Shown: one piece after another, positions 1-9,953 of the stretch
Layout: the number at the start of each line of letters is the position of its first letter
Numbering within the stretch: the stretch's first letter is position 1
Assembly (NCBI GenBank): GCA_963836075.1
Contig: CAWIIB010000009.1
Coordinates: 640,001-704,000, forward strand
DNA: 64,000 bases
Reading direction: 5' to 3'
From: an uncultured Acidobacteriota bacterium
GTDB lineage: Bacteria; Acidobacteriota; JAQAZP01
Notes under the pieces: generated by a model
Database searches by the model: none
Told to the model about the DNA's origin: nothing
Seen by the model: only the letters and a program-made list of their open reading frames with translations
Program-made: the position numbers and the translations under genes

Positions 1-2052
1 TGGGACGATGTCCAGGCCGAGGCCACCGTGGGCTACTACAACTACCAGAACGAGGGCAGCACCTATGCCCCCGGCTGGAAGATGCTCGAGCTGGGCGGCA
101 CCGCCGTCGCCGACGTCACCGCCGCCCTGGCCCAGGACTGGTTCGCCCTCGGCATGCCCGAACGCGACTCCACGGCCACCTACTACCTGACCGTCGACGG
201 CAACACCGACGCCAACATCCCCTACCTGGTGATCTCCGACGACCCGATTTACGCTGAACCCAGCGACCTGGCATGCGTGGTCAACGGCGTCGACGTGGAC
301 CTCACCTGGACCAACAACGACGTCTACGACTCGATCACAATTTACGAGGACGCCGTTCTGATCGACACCGTGCTGGGCACCGACACCGCGTACACCGTGG
401 TCAGCCCCACCGTGGATGTGCACTGCTACACGGTCTGCGGCGTGATCTCCGCACTCGAATACTGCAGCGCCGAATGCTGCGTGAACCTGGCGACCTGTGA
501 CGACGTGCAGGTGGACCTCGGTTCCGTCGGCTGCCCGGGCACGCTGACCGCCTCCGGCGACACCACCGGCGCCGGCGACTTCTGCGGCAACCTGGCGAGC
601 GACGACTTCTACACCTTCACCGTCACCGCGGCCGGCGCCTTCACGATCACCACCTGCGGCGCGGGAACCAGCTTCGACACCTACATCCGCCTGTATGACG
701 ACATGTGCTGCGGCAACCAGATCGCCTTCGACGACGACGATCCCACCTGCACGGAATACAGCACGCTGCAGTCGAGGATCGACACGGTCGATCTCTTCCC
801 CGGCACCTACTACCTGCAAGTGGAAGGGTTCAGCGCCAACGAGGGCACCTACGACCTGACCATCGAGTGCCTCAACTCGCTGATCGTCCCGCCCAGCGAT
901 CTGGTCTGCACCGAGAACGGTGCCGACATCGACCTGACCTGGGTGAATAACGACACCTACGACAGCATCGACGTCTACGAAGACGACGCGGTTATCGCCA
1001 CCCTCACCGCCACCGACACCACCTACACCGTGGTGGCCCCGGCCAAGGGTGCGCACTGCTGGCACGTCTGCGGCGTGGTGGCCGTTGAGTCGTTCTGCAG
1101 CGCCGACTGCTGCATGATCGTCGGCTACGACAACGTCGACCTGCTCTGGGACTTCGAAGCAGACGACGGTGGCTTCATCACCGACGGCACCTCCGGCTGG
1201 CAGTGGGGCGCTCCCACCTACGGCCCCTGCTTCGACACGGCCGACGGCAACGTCTGGGCCACCAACCTCGACGGCGAGTACACCAACAGCGCCTGCTACC
1301 TGCTCGACACCCCGGTGATCGAAATGGGTGACAAGGGCGGGTACATCTGCATCGACCATTGCTACGACACCGAGTTCAGCTATGACGGAGCCGTGACCTG
1401 GTTCACCACCGACGGTGCGACCTACGCCAATATCGCGCCCCTCGAGGGCTACGATGACGATGCCCTCGTGGCCACCGGCTGCGCCTGGGCCGCCGGCGAG
1501 CCCGGCTTCTCCGGCAGTTCCGAGGGCTGGGTCACCGACTGCTGGGAGCTCACCGACCAGGATTACATCGACTACGGTGTGGCCCTGCGCTTAGCCTTCG
1601 GGTCGGATACTTCCGTGGCCACCTACTCCGGCTGGATGATCGACAACATCACCGTCTACCGCAACCTCATGAGCGGTACCATCGACTGTGACTACACGAT
1701 CACCCCGCTGGTGGGCACGGTGCCCTTCCCCTCGACCCACCGGATCTCCCTGTCCAACCTGCTCTCCGGCGGCGCGGTCTATACCCGCCGGGTTTCCTTC
1801 CGGATCGCGGTGACCATCGGTAACGGCACCTTCTTCAACCCGTGGCGTGCCGGTTACACAAACATCGCTCCGGGGGCCACCTTCTTCAAGCAGTTCCCGG
1901 TGAACTTCCCGGCGCTGGCCACCGTTATCGGAGACAACACCTTCGTGTTGTCTGCTGAGGACGTGACGCCTTCTCCGTACAACCAGCCGCCGTACCCGCC
2001 CGCGGGCGACACGTCCACGAAGACGAACGTGGTGGTGGCCAATGCTCCCTGA
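1..2052 (+). CDS. Large Cys/Asp-rich extracellular protein (5'-truncated): two FN3-like Cys-rich repeats, PPC-like domain, jelly-roll/MAM-like domain, conserved C-terminal DVTPxPYNQPPYP domain
   Basis: Frame open from window start. Repeated PSDLxCxxNGxDxDLTWxNNDxYDSI...HCxxVCGV units, FDTYIRLYD...PGTYYLQVEGF (PPC-like), C-terminal domain at 1681-2052 shared with four other proteins. Confidence 0.75.
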   Translation, partial: WDDVQAEATVGYYNYQNEGSTYAPGWKMLELGGTAVADVTAALAQDWFALGMPERDSTATYYLTVDGNTDANIPYLVISDDPIYAEPSDLACVVNGVDVDLTWTNNDVYDSITIYEDAVLIDTVLGTDTAYTVVSPTVDVHCYTVCGVISALEYCSAECCVNLATCDDVQVDLGSVGCPGTLTASGDTTGAGDFCGNLASDDFYTFTVTAAGAFTITTCGAGTSFDTYIRLYDDMCCGNQIAFDDDDPTCTEYSTLQSRIDTVDLFPGTYYLQVEGFSANEGTYDLTIECLNSLIVPPSDLVCTENGADIDLTWVNNDTYDSIDVYEDDAVIATLTATDTTYTVVAPAKGAHCWHVCGVVAVESFCSADCCMIVGYDNVDLLWDFEADDGGFITDGTSGWQWGAPTYGPCFDTADGNVWATNLDGEYTNSACYLLDTPVIEMGDKGGYICIDHCYDTEFSYDGAVTWFTTDGATYANIAPLEGYDDDALVATGCAWAAGEPGFSGSSEGWVTDCWELTDQDYIDYGVALRLAFGSDTSVATYSGWMIDNITVYRNLMSGTIDCDYTITPLVGTVPFPSTHRISLSNLLSGGAVYTRRVSFRIAVTIGNGTFFNPWRAGYTNIAPGATFFKQFPVNFPALATVIGDNTFVLSAEDVTPSPYNQPPYPPAGDTSTKTNVVVANAP

Positions 2053-2109
2053 CCCGGTCAGGGACTGACGGAGGCCGCCTCGCGGCGGCCTCCGGTTGAT
2101 TGACTGACC

Positions 2110-2152
2110 AAGGCCCGGAAGTTGCTGTTCGCAGCGCTTCCGGGCCTTTTTT
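2110..2152 (+). terminator. Rho-independent terminator
   Basis: aaggcccggaag...cttccgggcctt stem followed by T-run; a further GC hairpin lies at 2069-2094. Confidence 0.75.
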
Positions 2153-2216
2153 GTCCATCTCCGGCAAAGGGCCGCAATCTTCCGTAATGCATAAATGCAA
2201 GCACGTCCCCGGCATG

Positions 2217-2248
2217 AAAAAGGGGATGCCGCACATCACGGCATCCCC
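2217..2248 (-). terminator. Rho-independent terminator for the minus-strand operon
   Basis: ggggatgccg-cacatca-cggcatcccc stem with upstream A-run (T-run on minus strand). Confidence 0.7.
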
Positions 2249-2279
2249 GCTTCCCAATGTCGATTTTCGATAGCCGGCG

Positions 2280-3164
2280 TTACTCTTTCTCCACCTCGAT
2301 GGTCACACCCTTCGATGCCGTGTACCCGTCGGGGCCGAGGACGTGGCAGGCCAGGTCGATGGCGCCTTCCTTCGTGGTGTGCAGCTGCCAAACACCGCTC
2401 GGGTCCTGCTCCACGTAGCCCTGCCCGGAACCGCCCACCACCCAGCGAAGGGCAGCCGGTGATCGGCTCAACATCACTTCCAGGGGCACGATGTCACCGG
2501 CCGGGCAGTGCTGACGGGACGCGGAGAGCGAGGTGACGGCAATGCGCCCGGCCTTTTCACCGGCCGGCTGGGCCGGCTGATCGAGGATCAGGCGGTCCAC
2601 GGCCGAAGCGATCCGGCCCATCTCCGGGTGCGGGTCCGATCGCGGGTCGAGACAGGCCACACGGACGGCGACGTTGCCGCGAAGGAAGGCGATCCAGGAG
2701 ATCCGTTTTTCCGGCGCGCGGCCCACATAGCCGGTGTCGCCCACCGGGATGCCGAGGCTGGCCGCCGTGGGGACCAGCCGGGAGGAACTGACCGAAGCCA
2801 GATACTCCAGCAGGACGGTCCGGGCCCCGGCCGCGGTTTCCCGGACCGAAACCTCCACCAGGAAGCGGTCCACCCCGGCCTCGTCGGCATAGCGGCGGAT
2901 CGCCGGCGCCCGCGGGCTGAAGTCCACCGCACCGCCGCTGTATCCGTCAAGGGTGAGGTCCATCACCGGCAGGCCGGCGCGCACCGGGCCGGCGGGCCAG
3001 GACGCCGCGTCATAACGCCGGGCGGCATCGGCCAGCCGCTGACCGGCCAGGCCCGGGGTCTGCTGTGCCGTCGCCACAGCGGCAAGCGCGAGAAGGAGAA
3101 TGACCGACAACCCGGCGACCCGGGCGGCCACTGATCGGGCGATGGTTCTGTTCGCTGGTTTCAT
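2280..3164 (-). CDS. Secreted hypothetical protein with C-terminal Ig-like beta domain
   Basis: Start moved to ATG 3164 (MKPANR...LLLALAAVATAQQ signal peptide), 11 nt after the upstream stop. Confidence 0.65.
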   Translation of the reverse strand: MKPANRTIARSVAARVAGLSVILLLALAAVATAQQTPGLAGQRLADAARRYDAASWPAGPVRAGLPVMDLTLDGYSGGAVDFSPRAPAIRRYADEAGVDRFLVEVSVRETAAGARTVLLEYLASVSSSRLVPTAASLGIPVGDTGYVGRAPEKRISWIAFLRGNVAVRVACLDPRSDPHPEMGRIASAVDRLILDQPAQPAGEKAGRIAVTSLSASRQHCPAGDIVPLEVMLSRSPAALRWVVGGSGQGYVEQDPSGVWQLHTTKEGAIDLACHVLGPDGYTASKGVTIEVEKE

Positions 3165-3175
3165 GGTGGTCGCCC

Positions 3176-4891
3176 TCACTGGATATCCGGCAGGGTGTCG
3201 AGGGTCATCGACACGTTGTTGGTCGCCGACAGATCGTTGTACCCGCCTGCTCCCGACCAGAGCCGGTCGGTATTGTAACCCGGGGTGCCGGGAAGCGAGT
3301 CGGGGTCGCCGTCCTCGTCGAGCCACATGCAGGCGTCGGAGACATGGGTCCCGTCGTCACGGGTGACGATGTGGTGGTAGCTGAACCCGTGGCCGCCGCT
3401 CCAGAGGTCGAGGGTGTAGTCCGGACAGCCGATACCCCAGATGGCCCGCAGCGACATGTTGCCCAGGTAGACCATGCGCACGTCCTGCACCCCGAGCATG
3501 CCCAGCATCACCGCACTGGAAGAAGAGACGTCGGAACAGTTGAGGTAGATCCCGTTGGCATGGTTGTTCAACAGGCGGCTGAGCTGGATATACTCGCTGT
3601 AGAAGCTGTAGTAGTGGGTGGCCCCGCCGTCTCCGCCCATGGAGTAACAGTCGTAGATCACCCCCTCGATGGCCGTGTCCAGCGGTCCCTCCTGGCCGAA
3701 GTACCCCCTGATAAACGCCTTGAGCGTTCCGGCCTGGTCCAGGGGGTTGATCTTCAGCGTGTCGGCAAAGGTGCAGAGGTAGTCGGCCACCTCCACCCAG
3801 GGGCCGGCGTATTGCGTCCCGCTGGCTCCGGAAGGCCAGTACGGTTCGTCGACGATGGTGTAAAAACGGTGCTCGGTCTCGAAGGAGCCGGGGATTTCGG
3901 TCCAGGTGCCGTCACCAAATTCGCGGTACTGCCAGCGCCAGGTCACCGTGCGGTCGCTGCGGCAGGCCCGGTCGGGCAGCTGCGGGCCATTGACAAAGAA
4001 ACTCTGGCCCGGCCTGATCCCGCCATCGACGCTTTCCCAGAACCCGGTCTGGTCTTCGGCCACGCCGCGGATCTGGACCCCGCGCACCGGGTATCCGCAC
4101 CAGCCGGCACTTCCGTCGGCCACGGTGCAGCTGTCACCCATGGTCACCTTGAACCGCGGACGGCTGTCCTTCAGGTAGCAGAGCGGGTAGTTGAAGCACT
4201 GGGTCTCGTAGTTCGACCCGTTGAGCACCGGCGAAGAGGTGGCGGTGTGCACCGCGGCCGCCGGCCGGGGCTCGCCGCTGTTCAGGTCGAGGTCCGACAC
4301 CTCTCCGCTGCGGGCGATGTTGACATACTCGTGGATCGCCGGGGTGGCGTAGAAGGCGTACTGGCTCCCCTTCCGGAAATAGACCATCTGCCACTCTTCG
4401 CCGATGGCGTAGGGCAGGGCCTCGATCTCGCTGATGCCCAGACGGACGATGTTCACCGGGTATTCGAGCTGGCCAACCGTGCCCATCCGGTCGACGCTGA
4501 CCAGGACCGTGTATCGGCCCGGGGCCACGTAGTGGCCCGCCTGGTCCCGGCCGTCCCACCAGAGGTTCACCGGCTTTCTCGAACCGGGCAGCCTGGTGTT
4601 GGCCAGCCTGCGGACAATCTGGTTGCCGCCGGTGACATAGACCGTGACACCGTATTCCACATCCTTGTCAGTCTGGAGCAGCGTGAAGCTGACCGGGATC
4701 CCGCCGCCCTCGAGTTTCGGATCGGCCACCCTGGGGCAGTGTCCCGGGCGCAGAAACGTCGTCTGGACGGAGAGGGAACCGGACGGTTCGGCGTGGGCCA
4801 CACCGGCGGCCATGGGCACCGTCAGGAGCAGGAGACAGGGGATGAGAACATAACGGCCGCACAGGTGGCCGAACCGTCTGACTGTGATCAT
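3176..4891 (-). CDS. Secreted protein: FlgD-like Ig domain plus putative transglutaminase/papain-like catalytic domain
   Basis: Signal peptide (AHA|E); WDGRDQAGHYVAPGRY FlgD-type motif; NCSD...FSYHH...SDAC candidate Cys-His-Asp triad. Confidence 0.6.
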   Translation of the reverse strand: MITVRRFGHLCGRYVLIPCLLLLTVPMAAGVAHAEPSGSLSVQTTFLRPGHCPRVADPKLEGGGIPVSFTLLQTDKDVEYGVTVYVTGGNQIVRRLANTRLPGSRKPVNLWWDGRDQAGHYVAPGRYTVLVSVDRMGTVGQLEYPVNIVRLGISEIEALPYAIGEEWQMVYFRKGSQYAFYATPAIHEYVNIARSGEVSDLDLNSGEPRPAAAVHTATSSPVLNGSNYETQCFNYPLCYLKDSRPRFKVTMGDSCTVADGSAGWCGYPVRGVQIRGVAEDQTGFWESVDGGIRPGQSFFVNGPQLPDRACRSDRTVTWRWQYREFGDGTWTEIPGSFETEHRFYTIVDEPYWPSGASGTQYAGPWVEVADYLCTFADTLKINPLDQAGTLKAFIRGYFGQEGPLDTAIEGVIYDCYSMGGDGGATHYYSFYSEYIQLSRLLNNHANGIYLNCSDVSSSSAVMLGMLGVQDVRMVYLGNMSLRAIWGIGCPDYTLDLWSGGHGFSYHHIVTRDDGTHVSDACMWLDEDGDPDSLPGTPGYNTDRLWSGAGGYNDLSATNNVSMTLDTLPDIQ

Positions 4892-5177
4892 GAAAATCCT
4901 CCGGGTGCGGAAAAGGCCGCATTGTTCACAACTGCGCCCTCTCCGGTTCGAGGCAAGGCGTGTCTCGTTAATATAGTGGCTTCGGGCCGAAAATACCAGC
5001 GCGACCCACTCGAAAAGTCAATTCACGGCCAGCCTGCTTCGACCGGCCGCACCAGCGCCCTCTCCCCCCCCCCAAAAAAAATCGCTGCCGATGGTTGACA
5101 GGGCACTTGTGCGATTTTATTTAGTTGTCGGAACGCAGATTGATCATCAACAACAATCCTCAAAGGAGGTGGAACCC

Positions 5178-5648
5178 ATGAGTCCCCTGGCACTTAACGT
5201 TTTCGACGAACTGAATCGGATGAGGCGGGAAATGGACCGGCTTCTGGGCACTGAAAGGTCGCCTCGATGGGGCTTTCCCTTTTCCCGAGTTTCGTTTCTT
5301 CCCGGTCGTGCGGCACGGTCCTATCCGTTGATGAATATCAGCGAGGACGCCGACAGCATTTTCGTGGACGCCCTGGCTCCCGGCATTGACCCGGAAAGCC
5401 TGGACATCTCCATTACCGGCGACCAACTCACCGTCACCGGTGAGAAACGGGCGCTGCCCGAGGGCGTCAGCACGGAGATGATCCACCGCAACGAGCGGGC
5501 CAGCGGCCGTTTCCTTCGCTCGGTGACCCTGTCCAGCGACGTGATCAGCGACAAGATCGAGGCCAACTACAAGGACGGTCTGTTGCAGATCCGACTGCCC
5601 AAGGCCGAGGAAGCCAAACCAAAGAAGATCCAGGTCAGCGTCAGCTGA
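5178..5648 (+). CDS. Hsp20/alpha-crystallin small heat-shock protein
   Basis: AGGAGG RBS before ATG 5178; YPLMNISED...HRNERASGRFLRS...YKDGLLQIRLPK. Confidence 0.95.
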   Translation: MSPLALNVFDELNRMRREMDRLLGTERSPRWGFPFSRVSFLPGRAARSYPLMNISEDADSIFVDALAPGIDPESLDISITGDQLTVTGEKRALPEGVSTEMIHRNERASGRFLRSVTLSSDVISDKIEANYKDGLLQIRLPKAEEAKPKKIQVSVS

Positions 5649-5681
5649 CCGGGTTTCCGGATACCTGAAGGAGGTGCTGAA

Positions 5682-6092
5682 ATGACTGCCGAAAAAACCA
5701 CTGCCAACACCGACATCGAAGTGGCCGACAAGGACAAAAACTCCGCGCTGGCCACCCGGGAGGAAACCCAGTACATGTCTCCCCCGGTGGACATCTATGA
5801 AACCGACGAGGGCTTGATGGTCCTGGCCGACCTGCCCGGCGTGACCAATGAAGACGTGGACATTCGGGTGGAGGACGACCTGCTGACCATCAAGGGCAAA
5901 ACGTCGTACGAGCTGGAATCCGACCTGATCCGCGACGAGTTCCGCCTGCTCAACTTCTACCGCCAGTTCCGGCTGGGCAACGAAGTTGACCAGGAAAAGA
6001 TCTCGGCCGGGGTGAAGAACGGCGTGCTGACCGTCAACCTGCCCAAGGCGGAGAAGGTGAAGCCCCGAAAGATCTCTATAAACGTCGGATGA
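5682..6092 (+). CDS. Hsp20/alpha-crystallin small heat-shock protein
   Basis: PPVDIYET...ADLPGV...FYRQF...NGVLTVNLPK; RBS aggagg. Confidence 0.95.
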   Translation: MTAEKTTANTDIEVADKDKNSALATREETQYMSPPVDIYETDEGLMVLADLPGVTNEDVDIRVEDDLLTIKGKTSYELESDLIRDEFRLLNFYRQFRLGNEVDQEKISAGVKNGVLTVNLPKAEKVKPRKISINVG

Positions 6093-6238
6093 ATCGCCGG
6101 CAGGACCGGCACAGGAGGCAGCACACGGCACCATGCCGGCCGTAATGACGGTGGGCGCCGTGTCGCTGTCCCGTTTTAATCCCGACATTCTTCAGCTGCT
6201 CCGCCAGCCAGAACCGGCGGAGGATTTGAGGTGTGTCC

Positions 6239-6976
6239 ATGGCCAAAAACTACTATCTCATTCTCGGTGTCTCGCCTGACGCCACATCGAGCGAAATCAA
6301 GTCCGCCTACCGCCGCCGGGCCCGGGAGTTCCACCCCGACCGCTTCGGCGAAGAGCAACAGCCCTTTCTCGACATCCAGGAAGCATACTCGGCGCTGAGC
6401 GATGCGGCGCGCCGTCGCGTCTACGACCACAAGATCCAGCAGGCCAGGGAGTCCAGAAGGGTATGGGCCCCCCGGGATACGGGCGAGCCGGAGCCGCTGC
6501 GGCCTTCCCGGCCGACGGCCGAGCCGTTGAGGCCGCATGACGGGCACCCCGCAGACCTGGGCCGGGCCTGGCTCTCTCGATCATTCCAGACCTACCGGCC
6601 ATCGTACGAGGAACTGTTCGACCGGCTGGAACGAAACTTCAGACCGTCGAACCACCCGAAAGCGGGAACGGTCAGGCAACTGGTGGTGGAGTTCACCCTC
6701 ACCCCGGACGAGGCACGGCGCGGCGGGAACGTGCAGGTGCACATGCCGGCCAGCATCCGCTGTCCGGCATGCGGGGGCCGCGGCGGAATCGGGTTCTACG
6801 AGTGCGGACGGTGTTCGGGTGAAGGGGAGATGACCGGTGAGTTCCCGGTTATGCTCTCCTACCCGCCAGGGATCGGTGACGGCTACCAGGCGTCATTGAA
6901 CCTGAACCACCTGGGCATTCGGAACATCTTCCTCACCGTCCGGTTTCGGGTGAACAGGGGCCACGGCCCGGCATGA
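6239..6976 (+). CDS. J-domain protein with partial DnaJ zinc-finger (two CxxCxGxG motifs)
   Basis: NYYLILGV...HPD J-domain; CPACGGRG and CGRCSGEG. Confidence 0.9.
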   Translation: MAKNYYLILGVSPDATSSEIKSAYRRRAREFHPDRFGEEQQPFLDIQEAYSALSDAARRRVYDHKIQQARESRRVWAPRDTGEPEPLRPSRPTAEPLRPHDGHPADLGRAWLSRSFQTYRPSYEELFDRLERNFRPSNHPKAGTVRQLVVEFTLTPDEARRGGNVQVHMPASIRCPACGGRGGIGFYECGRCSGEGEMTGEFPVMLSYPPGIGDGYQASLNLNHLGIRNIFLTVRFRVNRGHGPA

Positions 6977-7019
6977 CAACACCCGGGCCGTACCGCCGCC
7001 GGCCACCTGTTTCATGCCG

Positions 7020-8561
7020 TCACGGTGCCGCGGCCGTCACCGTGGACCGGGACGTGTCGGTGTCACCGGCCCCGGGATAGGGCGGCTGGTTGAACGGTGC
7101 CGGCGTCACATCACACAGTTGGAACACGAACTCGTTGTCACCCACCAGAGCACCGGTCGCCGGAAGGGACTGGGTCCAGCCGGCGCTGAACATCTCTCCG
7201 GGCGACAGGTTGGTGTATCCTCCGCGATACCCGGTGACCACGGAGCCGCCGCCGAGAATCACGTCCAACCGCCCGGCCACACGGCGGGGATGGCCGGTCA
7301 GGTTCTGGAAACCGGCGCCGACCGACACGGCAAAGGGCAATACACCGGAGGCCGGGGAGAGGGTCAGGTCCGCGGCCACCAGGCCGTCCGCCACACCGTC
7401 AAGCCGGACCAGTTCCAGATCATACCCTCCGCTGCCGTAAGAATTGGTGGTCCCGGCCAGGATAAGGCCGCCGTCGCCGGTGACGTCGAGCCCGGCGCAC
7501 CAGTCATACGCCGCCCCGCCCAGCAGGGTTTCCCACTGAAAGGCGCCGTTGCCGTCCGTCTTCACCACGTATGACTGGTATTCCCCGCCCGCAGCGTAGC
7601 GGTAGCTGATCCCTCCGAGGGCGTAGCCGCCGTCCGGCGTCCGGACCACCGCGTTGGCATAGTCGCTCGCCACGTCGCCGAACGTCTCGTACCAGAGAGT
7701 GTTGCCTGCACTGTCGGTGCGCCAGATCGACATGGCGGCCCCGATTTTCCCGGCCAGCACGAACCCGTCGTCCACCACGATCATGTCGTAGGCCCGGTCG
7801 TCATAACCGTTGTCATACGGCTTCTGCCAGAGCAGCGACCCGTCGGCGTCCAGCCTCGCCAGGTAAGCGTCGAACTCGGGAAAAGTGACCCCGTCACTGG
7901 AGTACCCGGCCACGGCCAGCCCGCCGCCGGCGACTTCGCGGACAGCGTATCCATACGGAATGTCGATGCCGAATCCAGAGGAGTCCCAGTCCGGGGATCC
8001 GTCCCCGGCCACCTTGACCACCAGGATCGAGCGCCCGTCGGTGGTGTTGAAGGTGTCACCGGCCGCCACGATGCCGCCGTCGGCAGTCTCGACCACACTG
8101 CGCACAACGTCCTCATCACCCGGGCTGCCGAACGTCTGCTGCCAGAGCAGTTCGCCACGGGCATCGGTCCTGACCAGCCAGGCGTCCCACTGCGGGCTGC
8201 CCAGGCCGGTGACCCCGGCCATGGCGAACCCGCCGTCACGGGTCTGGGTCACGGCATAAAAACGGTCCTCGGCCACGTTACCGTATGTCCGCTCCCAGAG
8301 AACATTGCCAGCGGCATCGGTTTTGACCAGGTAGCCGTCCTCGAACCCGGCGCCCATGGATTCGGTGTATCCGGCAATGACGAAGCCGCCGTCGCTGGTG
8401 GCCACCACCGAATAGCCCCAGTCGAGTTGTGATCCGCCGAAAGTCTCGAACCAGTCCACCGGCGGGGCCTGGGCCGCCGCCGGGGCGGCCCAGGCCAGGA
8501 TGATCAGCGCCGCGGCCGCGGTTGCGATCATCCAGCCGTCACATTTCTTCCTCCGTTTCAT
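7020..8561 (-). CDS. Secreted beta-propeller repeat protein with conserved C-terminal DVTPAPFNQPPYP domain
   Basis: Signal peptide (AAA|Q); repeated xTxDGGxxxAG...LVKTDxxGxxLWxxTFG units; shared C-terminal domain at ~7020-7380. Confidence 0.8.
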   Translation of the reverse strand: MKRRKKCDGWMIATAAAALIILAWAAPAAAQAPPVDWFETFGGSQLDWGYSVVATSDGGFVIAGYTESMGAGFEDGYLVKTDAAGNVLWERTYGNVAEDRFYAVTQTRDGGFAMAGVTGLGSPQWDAWLVRTDARGELLWQQTFGSPGDEDVVRSVVETADGGIVAAGDTFNTTDGRSILVVKVAGDGSPDWDSSGFGIDIPYGYAVREVAGGGLAVAGYSSDGVTFPEFDAYLARLDADGSLLWQKPYDNGYDDRAYDMIVVDDGFVLAGKIGAAMSIWRTDSAGNTLWYETFGDVASDYANAVVRTPDGGYALGGISYRYAAGGEYQSYVVKTDGNGAFQWETLLGGAAYDWCAGLDVTGDGGLILAGTTNSYGSGGYDLELVRLDGVADGLVAADLTLSPASGVLPFAVSVGAGFQNLTGHPRRVAGRLDVILGGGSVVTGYRGGYTNLSPGEMFSAGWTQSLPATGALVGDNEFVFQLCDVTPAPFNQPPYPGAGDTDTSRSTVTAAAP

Positions 8562-8588
8562 CGTTCTGTCTCCCAGGATGCCTGTCAA

Positions 8589-9953
8589 CTATTTCACGAC
8601 GCCTGTGACCGTGCACGTGTCCGACGCGCTGTCGCCGGACGCCGGGTAGGGCGGCTGGTTGTACGGGGCCGCCGTCACGTCCCGGGCCACAAGGGTAAAG
8701 ATGTTTTCCCCTTCGAGGGCGAACAGGGCCGGCAGGTACTGGGACCAGCCGGTGGTGAACGTGGCAAAGGGGCTGACATTGGTGAAGCCGCTGCGGTAGT
8801 TGACGATGCTGCCGCCGTTGGCCAGGTCGATTCGCATCTGGCCGGCCACCGTGCGGTTGAAGCCGGTGATATTGCTCAGCTCCGCCTGGATGGCAACGTT
8901 GAACGGCAGCTGGCCCGAGTTGGGCAGACAGCCGAGATCCACGCCCACCGTTTCCGGCGGGATGGGCGAGGTGTGGGCAATGGTGCCGTTGAAGCCCGAG
9001 GCCCAACCGTTGTCGGCATCGATAAAACAGATGTCGTAGAAGACGTCGAACTGGCCGGAGTTCTCGATCTCCCAGGTGGCGCCGCCGTCACTGGTGCGCA
9101 GCACCACGCCGTCGTACACCGAGCCCCCGGAGACCCAGCCGTTGTTCGCGTCGATGAAGCTGACACCGGTGAACCAGCTGCTCACCGATGACGTCTGCTG
9201 ATTCCAGTTGGCGCCGCCGTCGCTGGTGTGCAGGATCACGCCGTCCCGGCCGACGATCCACCCGGTGAGCGGGTCGACGAGACAGACATCCTCCAGTTCG
9301 GTCAGCAGGCCGCCGGCTGACTGGTGCGTCCAGTTGTCACCGCCGTCGCTGGTGTAGAGGATGGTCGATCCCATGGCCCCTCCGCCCCCCACCGCGCAGC
9401 CGACATTGGCGTTGGCGAACGAGACGGCATTCAGCGGGAAGGTGGCATAGCCGGACTCGCCGAACTCGTGGGTCCAGGTGGCGCCGCCGTCGGTGGTGCG
9501 CCGGATGAACTGTGAGCCGTTGAAGTACCCGGGCGCCACTCCGCCGACGATGAAAGCGTTCATGGCATCCACGGCGCAGACGCCGTTGATGTTGCTTGAG
9601 GTGCCGGATTCCTGCTCGCCCCAGGTCTGGCCGCCGTCCCCGGTGTGCCTGATGTTGCCGGCGAAACCGACTGCCCAGCCGTTCAGGGCATCGGCGAAAT
9701 CGACGTCCAGCAGGTAGGACACCGGAAAGAAATCCTGCTCGCTCCAGGTGTTGCCGCCGTTCGACGTGTGCAGGATCGTCGCGCCGTTCCCCACGACCCA
9801 GCCGGTGTCGGCATCGACGAAGCAGACGCCAAAGAGCGGATCGGTGGTGCCCGAGCTCTGGGCGTACCAGCTGTCCTGCGCTCCTGCCGGCGCGGTTGCC
9901 GCAAAAAGCACCAGCGCTACAGGCATGATCATTCCTGTCCATCGAGTATTCAT
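8589..9953 (-). CDS. Secreted YCF48/BNR (Asp-box) repeat protein with conserved C-terminal DVTAAPYNQPPYP domain
   Basis: Signal peptide (AGA|Q); repeated VxFxDxxxGWxVG...ILHTSDGGxTW; shared C-terminal domain at ~8589-8948. Confidence 0.85.
   Translation of the reverse strand: MNTRWTGMIMPVALVLFAATAPAGAQDSWYAQSSGTTDPLFGVCFVDADTGWVVGNGATILHTSNGGNTWSEQDFFPVSYLLDVDFADALNGWAVGFAGNIRHTGDGGQTWGEQESGTSSNINGVCAVDAMNAFIVGGVAPGYFNGSQFIRRTTDGGATWTHEFGESGYATFPLNAVSFANANVGCAVGGGGAMGSTILYTSDGGDNWTHQSAGGLLTELEDVCLVDPLTGWIVGRDGVILHTSDGGANWNQQTSSVSSWFTGVSFIDANNGWVSGGSVYDGVVLRTSDGGATWEIENSGQFDVFYDICFIDADNGWASGFNGTIAHTSPIPPETVGVDLGCLPNSGQLPFNVAIQAELSNITGFNRTVAGQMRIDLANGGSIVNYRSGFTNVSPFATFTTGWSQYLPALFALEGENIFTLVARDVTAAPYNQPPYPASGDSASDTCTVTGVVK

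Noticed and set aside
1681-2052. Calling the shared tail a T9SS CTD or PEP-CTERM/LPXTG signal
   Set aside because: Lacks the YPNP...G.Y...K pattern, is longer (~120 aa), and has no TM helix or basic tail.
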